Source: Cetorhinus maximus | Taxonomy: Eukaryota | Assembly: GCF_964194155.1 (NCBI RefSeq) | Contig: NC_135882.1 | Span: 135,470,001-135,534,000, forward strand | Direction: 5' to 3' | Length of the DNA stretch: 64,000 bases | In this document: positions 1 through 12,319 of the stretch, one piece after another | How the letters are laid out: each line of letters starts with the position of its first letter | How positions within the stretch are numbered: position 1 is the first letter of the stretch | Notes under the pieces: generated by a model | Told to the model about the DNA's origin: nothing | Database searches by the model: none | Seen by the model: only the letters and a program-made list of their open reading frames with translations | Translations under genes and position numbers: made by a program

Positions 1-269
1 TGGAGAATAAAGAATAAAGGAACCTTCTGTTTTTCATGCAGGAAGTTGGAGTTCAGAAGCAGATAGCTGTGTGTGTATTCCTAATTGTTAAGAAGTGACA
101 AAACACTTCACTATAGTATCTTTAACATGATGAAATGTCTCGACTTTTCAGAATGGTGGGCGAAGGACAGAGTGCAGGTGTTGACAGATGAGATAGAGAA
201 AGCAACTAAACACTGAGTTGAAGAAGTAGATTTGGAAGAATCTTTCATAGCTGGAGAAAATCAATGGTT

Positions 270-600
270 GTGGTGCTGAAAGGATGTTTCCCCTTGGGGG
301 AGAGACCAGAACTATGGGACACAGTTTAAAAATAAGGTGCTTCCCATTTAAGGTGCAGATGAGGAGAAGTTTTCTTCTCTCAGAGGGTCATGAATCTTTA
401 GAACTCTCTTTCCCAGGGAGGGGTGGAGGTAGGGCATTTCATATTTTTAAGCTAGAAGTAGACAGACTCTTGACTAACAAGGGAGTCAAAGGATATAGGG
501 GATAGGCAGGAAAGTGACATTGAGACCACAGTCAGATCAGCCATGGTGGGGCAGGCTAAAAGGACACTCCTGCTCCTACTTCTTATGTTGGTTTGTTCAT
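270..600 (+). mobile_element. CR1 LINE 3' fragment
   Basis: MFPLGGETRTMGHSLKIR is the typical CR1 ORF2 C-terminus, followed by a CR1-type 3' UTR (gatcagccatg...cctgctcct). Confidence 0.8.
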
Positions 601-905
601 GATGGCTGAATGCCAAAGTGATGAGGGTGAAAGTTGAGGTCTGGTTTGGATGTTATTGTAGGAATGAGGAGGGGAATAATCCGGTTTGTAGGGTCGGAGA
701 ATGCTGCACGTGTGGGGTTATGAGCTGAGTTATAGGGCTAGAGTTAGCTTCAAGCTAGGGAGGAAGAAATATTAAACCTGTATAAAGGAGATTAGTTTCC
801 TCAAGAATAACAAGGATTGGAAATATGGTCCATAGTTGTAATTGATGTCCAATTAATTTTACAATTTCCTGGAGAATCTACTGTCATTGATGAGGTCACA
901 CAAAC

Positions 906-1921
906 TGTTGGATCCAGCGCCCTTGGTTTGTTGGGACTAAAGGATCCGGGTTGCACGCTTGTTTTGGGGTGACCGAGTTGCTACAGAGACAGAGAACATC
1001 AGTAGGTGGTTGTTAGAATAAACACATGGGGCAGAATTTTGCCCTTGATGGGCGGGCGGGCCCCATCTGCTCGGTGGTGGGCGGGCAGCCGATCGCCGCC
1101 ACCGAAATGGGCCCCGCCGCCATTTTAAGTGGGCGGGCCAATTAAGGCCCACCCAGCGGGCTGCCCAACGGGAAGCGCTATGCGCTTCCTGTGTGGGCGG
1201 GGGGGGGGGGATTCCCCAACTGTCAGAGTGCGCTCTTTCACGCATGTCTCCCTGAGGCAAAGTGCTGCCTCAGGGAGATCGCTGAAAGGCTGGCAAATGT
1301 AAAAAATAGAGCAATAAAAAATTCATTAACATGTCCCCCTCATGTGAAAATATCACACGAGATGGGACATTTTAATGAATTAAACAAAAACTATATTAAA
1401 CGTTTTTAAACCCGATATCAAACCTCATCCCGCCACTGGATGAAGTTTGTAAAAAAATCTCCTACCTGCCTGCCCGTTGGGCCCATGTGCTGAGCCGAAG
1501 TTCGCACAGGCTCCTCAAAATCGTTGACAATTGGCAAGTTAAGGACCTTAATGAGGCCTTTAATTAATGGCGGGCACACGTCCCGCTGCTGTGTGCGCCC
1601 AATGACCGAAATATCGCGATGCCGCGCACTGTCATCAGGACGCTCGCACGACGTCAGCGCGCAGCATTTTCAGCGCTGACGTGCGGGCTCCGCCACCCGC
1701 ATTTCAGCCAGAAAATTCTGCCCATGCTGTTTATTTACAAACTAAACTCAGCAGCTGCACTTGTGCGCTCACAATTCAAAACTCTGCCTTCACTCATCCG
1801 TGTCTAACTCAAGGCACTCCCACATAGGTAGCCCACGCTACTCTGCTATGGGGTATTAAGATCATGTGATCTTACATTACAACACTTGTCTTAAAGGTAT
1901 ATTACACATCAGATTACTACA
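906..1921 (-). repeat. 3' LTR of Gypsy copy 1, interrupted by a MITE
   Basis: tgttggatccag...tactaca aligns with 6114-6423 once 1029-1726 is removed. Confidence 0.93.
1029..1723. mobile_element. PIF/Harbinger-type MITE (~0.7 kb family A) inserted in the LTR
   Basis: TIRs gggcagaatttt / aaaattctgccc with a perfect 3-bp TSD (ATG). The sister LTR shows the empty site. CpG-rich, so relatively young. Confidence 0.9.
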
Positions 1922-1991
1922 TCCCTTCCCCTTTACTGAAAAATACATTTTACAATTTTTTTCAATATATCAAGTTATTTACACAGATCAA

Positions 1992-4900
1992 TTATTTATA
2001 AATCAGACTCTCTTGGGGTTTCCTTACGTGTGTAGAACATCTCAGCTCCACAGCTTCTGAAGTTTGATTTGGAACCTCCTTTACTGGAGTCGTCTGAGCA
2101 TCTAGTTCTTCAGTAGATACCTGTAAATCTGTTTCTTCGACTCTTTCAGGTACAGTCATTTTTGTACTCGGTTGAGTTCTTTCAATAGGAGATGTTGATT
2201 CAGTCTTGAACACTTGTGGGTATTTTGTTTCTCCTCTTCTTACGTGATCCACATGTCTCCTTTATTACTCGGTCTTCGACTTTCACGTGGTAGGATAGAG
2301 GTCTAATTACTTATTTCACCAAACAACCATGTTGGTCCTTCTCTAAAATTTTTCACAAATACTTTCTCTCCTACATTAACCATTCTGTCCCGACTGTGAC
2401 AGTCATGTCCAATTTTCTGACTTCCCTGCCTTCATTCTACTGCACACCACCCCACCCCCCACCACCACCCCCTGCACGTTTGGCATAATTAGGCTCAGCA
2501 TCTATTGGAGATGGCACTTCATCAACAATTATGCAGATGTACACATGTTGTCATATGAGGGGTTGTTCTAAAATGGAAAAGAAATTGTGCTAATTTAGTC
2601 ACTATAGAATCTCCAGGCAATTTCTTCATGCCAGATTTGAAAGCCTGAACTGCACTCTCGGTGAGTCCATTTGAAGAAGTGTGGTATGGAGATGTTTTCA
2701 CATGAATAATACCATTGAGGCTTGTAAATCAGTTAAATTCAGCACTCGTGAATGATATTCCATTGTCTGATACCAGCACTTCAGGTAGTCCATTGATTGC
2801 AAAACTTTGTCGTAGTTTGTCTTTTGTAGCAGAAGATGTGGGTGACCTCACTTCGTATATGTCCATCCATTTTGAATGAGTGTCTACGATAAGTAGAAAC
2901 ATTGTTCCCATAAAAGGTCCCACATAGCCGATATGTACTTGTACCCATGGCCTACCTGGCCTCTCCCAGATGTGTAACGGAGCTGTTGCAGGTAATTTTT
3001 GTACTTGTTGACACTGCACACAACTTAAATCTAAGCTTTCTGTTTCTCCATCCATTTCCGGCCACCACATATAGCTACGTGCTATTGCCTTTGTTTTGGA
3101 AATTCTGGGATATGCACTGTGAAGTTAAGATAACGATGGCTTTCGTCCTTTTGAAGGAGCAACCACTCGGACGCCCCACAATAAAATATTTTCTTGGCTG
3201 GTTATCTCACAGTTTCTCTGGAAATATGGTTTCATTTCATCAGATCATTGTTTTTGTGACCAACCTTGAAGACCTTGATTTCGCACTTTGGATAAGACCG
3301 GGCCTCGACTTGTCCAATCTTTAATTTGTCTTGCACATTTTGGTGATGAGTCCAGGAATTGGAACATCTTCATCTTTTACTTGCAAGGGTAAATGACTGA
3401 ATGCATCTGCTTTTGCAATTTGACTTCTGGGTCTATGAGTAAAAGTATACTCATACGCTGCCAAGATCAAAGCCCATCTTTCTACTCTTGCTGAGGTTAT
3501 CAGGGGTGTAGCATTGTCTTCACCGAATAATCCTAGTAATGGCTTGTGGTCTGTTATGATGCTAAAATGATGACCCTGTACATATTGATGAAACTTCTTA
3601 ACACTGATAATGATTGCCAGGCCTTCTTTTTCAATTTGAGAGTTTTTTTTCTCTGCAGCACTGTGTGTTCTTGACATATATCCTATAGGTCATTCTGATC
3701 CATCATCCATTCAATGGGAAAGCACTGCTCCCACTCCATAGGGTGATACATCGCACGTTAATATCAACTCTTTTTTGGGGTCAAAATGTACTAGAAGTGT
3801 AGATGATTGTAACAACTGTTTCACTTTTGTGAAAGTTTCTTCTTGTGGTGTTTGCCATGGCCACCTCTTGTTTATCTTGAGCAAGTAATACAGGTGGTGC
3901 CAGTTCCATTGACAAATTAGGCAGGAAGCGTCAACAGTAATTGATCATCCCGAAGAATGATTTCAGTTCAGGCGTATTCTTTGGCTCTGTGGCTTCTTTA
4001 CTGGTTTTCACTTTTTCTTCGACTGGACGTAGGCCTTATGAATCTACCTTGTGGCCTAGGTAAGTTACCTCTTTGGCCTGGAATGTGCACTTTTCCTTTT
4101 TCAATCTCACTCCAACCTGCAAAAAACATTTTAAAACTTCTTCCAAGTTCATCAAATGTTCCTTTTCAGTGAGTCCAGTCACGAGAACATCATCCAAATA
4201 AACTACAATGTGGGGCAGTCCCTGTATTAAACTTTCCATGGGTTCTTTGGAATATGGCGCAAGCAGAAGATACACCCAAAGGTAAATGGGTGTATAGGTA
4301 CAATCCCTTTGTGTATTTATGGTGACAAATTCCCTTCTCTAATTCTAATTGTTGTTAGGCATGACTCATATCTAACTGCATGTGGACCGTTCCGCTTGCC
4401 AGTTTAGCGTCTAACTCTTCAATTTTAGGTATGGGATGTCTATCCAATTTTGCCACTTTATTGACTGTTAATTTGTAGTCCCCACATGTTCCAATGCTTT
4501 GGTCAGGTTTGAGAACAGGTACAATTGGAGCTGCCCACTCTGAAAATTGTACTGGTTGTATCACTCTCGGTTTTTCTAATCTGTCCAGTTCGGTGTCTAA
4601 CTTATCCCATATTGCCTTCAAGTGTCCTGGTGTTGCCTCTGGATCTACATGAATATTTGCTTGTAGCCCCTCAATTTTTCCAAGTTCTTCCTTGAAAACT
4701 GAGGCATATTTTTGTAGTATCTCTGAAAGCCCATTTGTCCTCAGTTACAAGATTTCAGTCCATTCCAATTTAATTTCTTTCAGCCAGTTTCGTCTGGGGA
4801 GACTAGGTCCCTTGCCTGCTACTGCCATAAAGGATAATTTCACTGTTTGACCTCCGTAATGTACTGTGACTTTACATATGCCCGTGACCTGTATATCTTC

Positions 4901-5960
4901 TCCCGTGTAAGTTTTTAATGTGGCATCCGTTTCTTCTAATCTCAGTTTACGTTCCCCATGATTCATGTATATAAAAGTATGCTCACCAATCACTGTAGTG
5001 GCTGCTCTGGTATCCACCTCCACTTTGATGGGCTTCTCATTCACTCTCATGGTTACATAGATAGGTTTTGTTCTTCCTACATTTAAATTATACAACAAAT
5101 AAATATCAGAATCTATTACTTCTGGCTTTTCAATTCTGTTAATCTCATTGAGTTTTTGCTTCTATCTGAAAATCTGCCTGATTCTATCTTTACAATATCT
5201 CATGCGATGTCCATTTCGATGGCAGAAGAAACATTTGATCTTTTTAAACTGTAGTTCATTACAAGGTTGTCTGCTTCCACCTCTGTTACCATTATGCCAT
5301 GTTTTTGCTGCTAAATTATCCCTTTTAATTTGTCTGCTAGCAGTGCCTACTTCCAGCTTCTGAGTAAAGCTCTGCACTTTTGCGCTCTTTTTGGCTGAGG
5401 CTTCCATCCAACATGAAGGATGGCGCCATTTTGCGCTCCCTGTATGGCTTTCGAGTCTCACCCTGCACCTTCCATTGCCAGAGCGATTTCCAATGCCTTG
5501 TGAAAATCTAAATTTGTTTCAGCCAGTAATCTCTTCTGAACTGCATTTCCGTTTATACCGCACACCAAACGATCTCTAAGCATATCATTGATAGATGTAC
5601 CAAGCTCACAATATTCAGTTAATTGCTTCAGACTCATCACATAACAAGCAATTGTCTACCCCTTGCAGCTCTATTTACTGAGTTAAATTTAAACCGTTGC
5701 ATTGTCACCGATGACTTGGGCTGGTAATGATTCTTTACAAGGTTGACTAAGTCATCAAAACTTTTCGAGTCTGGGGCAGTGGGCACCAGCAGATTTCGAA
5801 TTAATCCGTATATTTCACTCACGCACATGGACAAAAGGATCGCGCACCTCTTCTCCCCTGCAATGTCATCTGCCTGGAAGAAGAACATGAGGCTTTCAAC
5901 ATAGTGAGACCAGTCATGCGAGGTAGCAACGAAAGGCTCCACTCTTCCAAATTGTGGCAT
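1992..5960 (-). pseudogene. gag-pol pseudogene of Gypsy copy 1 (frameshifts and stops)
   Basis: ORF fragments: gag (MPQFGRVEPF; LRDRLVCG), CCHC knuckle CFFCHRNGHRMRYC, protease EVDTRAA, RT (WAAPIVPVLK; VVYLDD), RNase H (QIEKEGLA, TDHKPL), integrase (WWP..CxxC, PWVQVH, SDNG). Confidence 0.93.
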
Positions 5961-6113
5961 GCTCTGAGGGGATTACCTCGACGATCAAGAAGGAAATTTT
6001 CTTTTACTTACAACTACTGTGCGGGGTATGGCCCGATTTCGGTTCTTCTGATTTCCTTCGTTCTTCCTCGCTTTTTACCTCTTTTTTTTGTGCTTTTACT
6101 CTCATCGCCAGTT

Positions 6114-6423
6114 TGTTGGATCCAGTGCCCTTGGTTTGTTGGGTCTAAAGGATCCGGGTTGTGCGCTTGGTTTGGGGTGACCGAGTTGGTACAGAGACAG
6201 AGAACATCAGTAGATCGTTGTTAGAATAAACACTTGCTGTTTATTTACAAACAAAACTCAGCAGCTACACTTGTGTGCTCATAACTCAAAACTCTGTCTT
6301 CACTCTTCAGTGTCTAAAACAAGACTCTCCCACAGAGGTAGCCCATGCTACTCTGCTATTGGGTATTAAGATCTTACATTGCAACACCTGTCTTAAAGGT
6401 ACATTACACATCATATTACTACA
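6114..6423 (-). repeat. 5' LTR of Gypsy copy 1
   Basis: Direct repeat of 906-1921 with TG...CA ends and an adjacent PBS (ctcatcgcca, 6101-6110). Confidence 0.93.
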
Positions 6424-7359
6424 CAAAAATTTAATGTAATTACATCAAATTTGAATTTGAAATAAATTTATTTAAAATAACAAAGTGAGGAGCTTGGCAC
6501 AGGCATGTTAAATGATTGTGCACTCACATCATTAACAGCTTCACCTCTAACTGTGAGGTGGAACCATAACATTTGAATCCTTTATTCATCAATATCGCAT
6601 TCAAATCACAAAAAGCAACCCTTTGTTTTAATGGAAACATATCTCCTCCCTCCTCCCAGAATGAATTCTACCTCCATCTTCTTTCTCTCTCTGCTCTCAT
6701 CAAAGCTCTTTCTCAGCCTCTTTTGAGCAGTCTCCTCTGGGCTGAGTTGATCAGTGGAACTGCAACACCCCCTCATGGACAAGGTGAGAAACCTTGCCGG
6801 GGCCCCTGAAATTTTCCTTTGTTCCTCTTCATATTTGCCAAAGAGTTCACCAGTTTTAAGACAGTCACAGATGTGGAAAGCAATTTGATTCATTTAAATT
6901 CATCCATCCAGAGAGAACACTTAAACTTTAGCAAATGATTCCAGGATTTTGACCTGCACTGCTCTAACCGGAGGTTCATTGCTCACCTTGATCCCTCTGC
7001 GTGTGAAGAAGAATTTCCTGATACTTGTGCCAAAATTACTTTTTACTACTTTGAACTTCTGTCTCTTTGCTTTACTCCTGCAGTTTAACTTAAAGTAAAT
7101 TTCCAGGTTAACTTTCTCTGTAATTTAAAAAAACTTACAGACCTCTACAAGACCATCTTGCAGATGCATTCAGGTTTAAATGCCCAAGTCTCTCCAGCCG
7201 TTCCTCAGACTCTTGTCACTGGGGGTCAGTCTGCAACTTCCCCTTGCTCTGTCTCTAGCGCTCCAATATCTCCCTTATTTCTTAGTGACCAGGACCAGAC
7301 TAAGGCACAAATTTCCATAAAATTAGAAGGGCTGCATGCCTTAGCCAAAATGGTGCTGG

Positions 7360-8490
7360 AGGCCAGAATCTAGGAGTCCCACCCTCAACCTGGCATACAC
7401 TATTTTCGGTGGGGACGGAGTGATTGGAGGTGGGAGGTATTTCACACATTCACAATTCACGGAGACAGCAGCACATTTAAAAGTGCAGCTAGCTTCAAAC
7501 AGAAGCAACTTTGGACATTAAAGTTTCAGAAACACACCTTACGGGCTTTAGACATTTGGAGAAAATGTCTGAACCTACCACAGATCTTTGGAGAGGTCAG
7601 GCACTACTTTGGGATTGTTAAGAGTAGATATGAATGTGCGTTAAAAAAAAGGGATAAGCTCTGTGCAACTGTCAAGCTGTCAAGGCATTCATCTCCTGCC
7701 CTTCAAATTTTGGAGAAAATAACAGCCAGCCTGCAGTTGAAAAAAAAACGGTGTTTGCAATTTTGCTGGATGTTTTCTGACACAAGCCTGCGGATTATCA
7801 TTATAGTTTTGTGTTGCCTGACTGCTCTGACCTAACCTGACCTAACATTATCACAGTGAGGGGTTTTGAGCTCACAGCTCAATTGACAGCTCCAAGTGAT
7901 TATAAAGAGACTAGCTGTCTTTGACGTGGAGCTATGAATACAAATGTTTGTTTATATAAGGGATTAAGTATATGAAGCAAAAGTCTACAATAGATACTTG
8001 GAACATCATTTTATTTCATCTTACTATGGGCTCCTGAGGTCTGCCTATGGTGGATACTGAATGAGTTGGTATGGAGAGTGTAAGGGCAAAGAATGGTGGT
8101 TGGGGGGTGGGTTGGCATGAATTGAAACCAAGTTGGCACAGGGGCTATTATGGGCTATGGAGATGAGTGGGGGGTCATGGGCTGGTTTGAGTTGGCATTA
8201 AGTTGGCATGGGAATATGAGGAGTCATGGGGGTGGGTAGAGGGGCAGACTATATGCGGGGCCATCAGGAGTGGGGGGCATGAGGCAATATGAGTTGGCAT
8301 GAATGGCGCATAGGAAGGGCATGGGCAGAGAGCAGGTGTGAAGGGTGAGGGCTGTTTTTGGTTTACTGCTGTTTTTACAACTGGGACACAGCCTTTAACC
8401 AGCCCGCCTCAGCATCTGGCAGCTCCTGTGGCTACCACTGAACTCATCCCAGCAGCAGTGGGCCTGACCCCAATTAGCACCCATACAGCC
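7360..8490. mobile_element. Old, degenerate Harbinger-like MITE / non-autonomous DNA element
   Basis: Starts ggccagaatct like the other MITE termini and has a G-rich low-complexity interior (8050-8340). Boundaries are approximate. Confidence 0.4.
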
Positions 8491-9339
8491 CTGTACAGTT
8501 TGATTATTACCTCCTCCGTTTAGTACTCTACTGTTGTGCTATATAGTTCAATATCCTGCTGGCTTCATTGATAACTGCTCTTCATTGAGTTTACTAAGAT
8601 TTCTAGGTGTCTGTCTCTTTTGACACTTTTCAGAGAGAATAGAAAAGAAAATTGGATGGGGTAGAAAAGGGGCTGTTGATTTGCTATTTTCCATTTTGCG
8701 GTGCCACTGATATGAGATTTCGCCCTCATTGAACATGTCATCTCTTTTTCCTTCCTTTACACCTATCATTGCATTGAATTTTATCTCGCTCTTGTGACCA
8801 CTTACTAACCTTGTCCAACTCACTCAGTAATTTCAGAGCTGCCCCTAACAAATCCTTCACCCCATCTCATTTGATATCATCCGTAAATTTGACCATGTTA
8901 CATTGGAACCTATAAGCAGGGAACAAAGGTATCATCTGTTCTGAGGTACTCATCAATGCCAATAATACAGAGGATGAAGGGATTTCTAGCAGTCTATTAA
9001 TGGCACCTGGTGCTTCCTTATGCAAGGTTTAGCAGGAAGCAGGAAGCACCTATTAATTCCCAACAAACATGAATCACGGCTTTGCTGTCAGAGGAGCATC
9101 CAGTTCCTCATTACAATGTAAAAATAACAAAATTATCCTGTATGCCCATATACAGCAACAACAATTTGCATTTATATAGTGTTCTTAATGTAGAAAAATG
9201 CGCACCTTTCAAACATATTTTGCTTAAAATCGATAGTTTTGTGCCTTCAAACTTTATTTTCATGGTATTATTAGATAAAGAGGGGCTGAAGGAGAAAAAT
9301 GGCATATGTTAAAAAAGAGATTGCATTTATACTGCACAT

Positions 9340-9565
9340 TTCATAGTAGCCATTGAATGAAGCCATTCAGCCCATCAAGCCTGCGCCTACTCTTTTGAAG
9401 AGTAATACAGTTTGTCCCCCTCCCACACCCTTTCCCAATTTCCCTTCAACTTTTTTTTTCTCCATCAAGTACTTATCTAATTCCCTTTTGAAAACTACTA
9501 TTGAATGTGTATCCTCCGCCCTATCATGTAGTGCATTCCAAATCCCAACCACTTGTTGCGTAAGA
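9340..9565 (-). mobile_element. CR1 LINE 3' fragment
   Basis: Translation GIWNAL...VFKRELDKYL matches the CR1 ORF2 end. Confidence 0.75.
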
Positions 9566-9569
9566 AGGT

Positions 9570-9975
9570 TTCATCGCCTCAGGATGTCTCAAAGTGCTTT
9601 ACTGTCATTAAATACTACTGAAGTGTAGAGGCAGTTGTGGATAGGGAACACAGCAGCCAATTTGTATGCAGTAAGTTCCTACAAACAGAATAAAAAAATG
9701 TCAAATCATCTATTTCAGGTGATATTTGAGGGCCAAATATTGGCTGGGACACATCCTGGGAGAACCGCTCTGCTCCTCTTTGAACGGTGCTGTGGGATCC
9801 TTGACACCTTACTTGAGCAGAGACAATGTCTCACCCGCAAAGTAGCAACTACCTACATCATAGCACTCCCTCAGTACTGCACTGATTTATCAGCCTGGAT
9901 TATTTGCTCAGCTCTCTGGGGTGGGTGGTGACCTTCTGATTCAGAGGATGATTGCTGCCTATTGAGCCACAGCTA
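9570..9975 (-). mobile_element. tRNA-derived Deu-domain SINE (SacSINE1-like)
   Basis: Homologous to 22683-23112: head gctgtggctca on the minus strand and central gggatc...ctgctc block. Confidence 0.7.
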
Positions 9976-10296
9976 GCCTCAGGCAGCGTTTTTTAAAAAA
10001 AGCATTCCCACTTGTTCGATGCCAGATTTTGCACTCTGGCATTTGACGATGCAATTCCCAACACATTTGGGTGTAAGCTCCTGTCAGCAAGATCAGTGTA
10101 AAAACCAATGTAGATTTTGGCATCACTTCGGCATGAGTCAGATTCAAGAAATGATCTTTTGATAATTGTGGTGGGGGTGGAGAGGTTGGGTAGATTGGAA
10201 AATTTGAAATCAAAGCGACAATGGAGTGAAGAAACTTAAACCTCAGTGAATGCATGGAACTGGGAGATAGATGTCATCCCCACCCCCCCGTAACGT

Positions 10297-10943
10297 GGCC
10301 TGATTTTTCAGCTCGGCGTGTGAGCACAACCGACAGGCCCAGGATCGGCTGGGAAATGGACCCCCGACCGCGATCAGCCCCCGACAACGATTTCACGCTG
10401 GCTGGCCAATTAACAGGGCAGCCAGCGTGAAACGCGCGCTGAAAAGCTCGGCGTTGCCGGGGTGGGGGCGGGAAGAGGGCGGGCGATGATGTCAATGCAG
10501 ATGCAGGCCAGCGCTAACAGAAAGCTCCCTGAATGTTTCAAAAGCTAAAGAAAAGTGTCTTTACATCATAACCAATCACCTGAAAATTTAGCTTATGAAA
10601 ATGCTGTCCGCAGAAATGTATTTATGTTTTATTTCATCAGAGAAATCTCATCCCGCCTGTGGATAAGATTTGTTGAAAAATGCAAAGGCCGCCTGTCCGA
10701 TTCGTCCGTCCGCCAACCGTAAGGTTGGACCAGCTATGTAAAAATGACAGACAATTGCTCCATTAAAGGGCTTAATTACCCTCTTAATTGTCGGCGGGTG
10801 CGCGCAAAAGTCGGAAGCGCGCCCACCGGCCGAAATGTCGCGTGAGCACGGGATGACATAGGGACACTCGCTGACGTAATCTCATGCGATTTCACACTCC
10901 ATCGGGTCAGGCATGCCCACTCGATCAGCGTAAAATTCTGCCC
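10297..10943. mobile_element. Harbinger-type MITE (family A-related)
   Basis: ggcctgattttt ... aaaattctgccc. The interior is similar to 16149-16830 and 43329-43985 (ggctggccaattaa, ctcatccc..ggat.agg hairpin). Confidence 0.85.
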
Positions 10944-10980
10944 CTAGTGTGTGATTTCACTGATATCTTGGGGATTCAGA

Positions 10981-10996
10981 TGCCCCCTACTGGTGA
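10981..10996 (-). promoter_or_regulatory. Candidate CTCF-binding motif
   Basis: Minus strand reads tcaCCAGTAGGGGGCA. Confidence 0.5.
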
Positions 10997-11099
10997 TCCC
11001 CAGTCATACCAATTTTCCTGAAACTTTAAATTGAATGAAGCTGTATATGGCAACTTAGAAACATTTTAAAATGCTTCACAAAGAATTAATTATTTTTAA

Positions 11100-11330
11100 G
11101 TTTTTATGATCTGGAATGTGCCATCTGAATGAGTGATGGAAGCAGATTTAATAGTAACTTTCAAAAGGGAATTAGATATATACTTGAAAAGGAAAAGAAA
11201 TTACAGGGCAATGGGGGAAGCGTGGAGGAGAGGGACAACTGGACTGCTCTTTCCAAGAGCCAGCACAGGCACAATGAGCTAAATAGTCTGCTCCTGCGCT
11301 GTGCATTTCTATACTTCTACGCACAGAGGT
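11100..11330 (+). mobile_element. CR1 LINE 3' fragment
   Basis: tttcaaaagggaattagat...agagccagcacaggcacaatgag CR1 tail. Confidence 0.7.
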
Positions 11331-11599
11331 TGTAGATACGTAGGAAAATCATGGCAGCCATTTTGCACACAGCTATGTCCCTTGGAATATCCAGTTAACC
11401 TGATTATTTCCTGATGTAGATTGAAGAAAAATCACTCCTAAGATTTCCTGCCCTTCTGTGGAGTCATTACATCCAGCTGAGCATTACGATAGGCAGATGA
11501 GTCTCAGTTTAGCAGTTATTTTAACAATTACCCTGATATCCTGCTCTTAATGGCCACTCCTGAGCCATCCCAGAGGCCTGGGCATAAAATCTGGACTGT

Positions 11600-11895
11600 G
11601 TTGCATTGTTGGAGATGTTATTTTGGGGCCTCATCTGCCCTCTCACGTGGACATGAAAGGTCCCATGATACTTTTCTGAAGAAGAGCAGGGGAGTTTTCC
11701 CTGATGGCCTGACAAATATTTATCCCTCCACCAACAAAAACAAACAGATTATCTGCTTGCTATCACATTGCTGTTTGTAAGGCTTTATATGTGTAAATTA
11801 GCCTCCAGATTTCCCACACTGCAACAGTAACCACATTTCAAAAGTATTTCATTTGTTGTTAAACACTCTCCTGAGGTCATAAATGCAAGTTTATT
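11600..11895 (+). mobile_element. Deu-domain SINE fragment
   Basis: gtggacatgaaaggtcccatg...gaagaagagcaggggagtt...aatatttatccctc, the same core as the other copies. Confidence 0.75.
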
Positions 11896-12319
11896 TTTGG
11901 AAATCTGGAACTCTCTCCACTAAAGGGCCGTGAATACTGAGAGAATTAAAATTTTCAAGGTTGTTGGATTTTTGTTGGGTATGGAAGTGAAGGGATGTGG
12001 ATCAAAGGGGAATAAACAGAGCTGAGAGATCAGCCAGGATCTAATTAAAGGTCAGAAAAGGCCCAACTTCTGCCTATTCCTAATCCCATGCAATTTTACC
12101 AGGACCTCATCAGTCTATTATTAAAGCATAGGACCAAGAGGAGTATGATGGTGACAATTGGGAAAGAAGCAATTTGTGTTAAAGGATGGGGAGCATCAAA
12201 AGGCTAGGGGAGGAAGGAGCAGGAAATCCAGGACAAAATTAGAGTCAGGACAGGCTATTTTCTCACACAAAGGGTTGTGGGGATGTTGAAGTTATCTCCC
12301 ATAAAAGGCTTTGCAATCT

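Larger units (their letters stand above)
906..6423 (-). mobile_element. Decayed full-length Ty3/Gypsy LTR retrotransposon (Mag-like), copy 1
   Basis: Two homologous LTRs, TG...CA (906-1921 with a MITE insertion; 6114-6423). PPT next to the left LTR (tcccttcccctt, 1922-1933) and PBS TGGCGATGAG next to the right LTR. Flanks are CAAAC/CAAAA (5-bp TSD, 1 mismatch). gag-PR-RT-RH-IN fragments lie in order on the minus strand. Confidence 0.95.

Noticed and set aside
8995-9058. Hairpin (ggtgcttcct/aggaagcacc) with aatggcac, reminiscent of a miR-183-family precursor
   Set aside because: The stem is only ~10 bp and the sequence does not match a known mature miRNA beyond the seed-like part.
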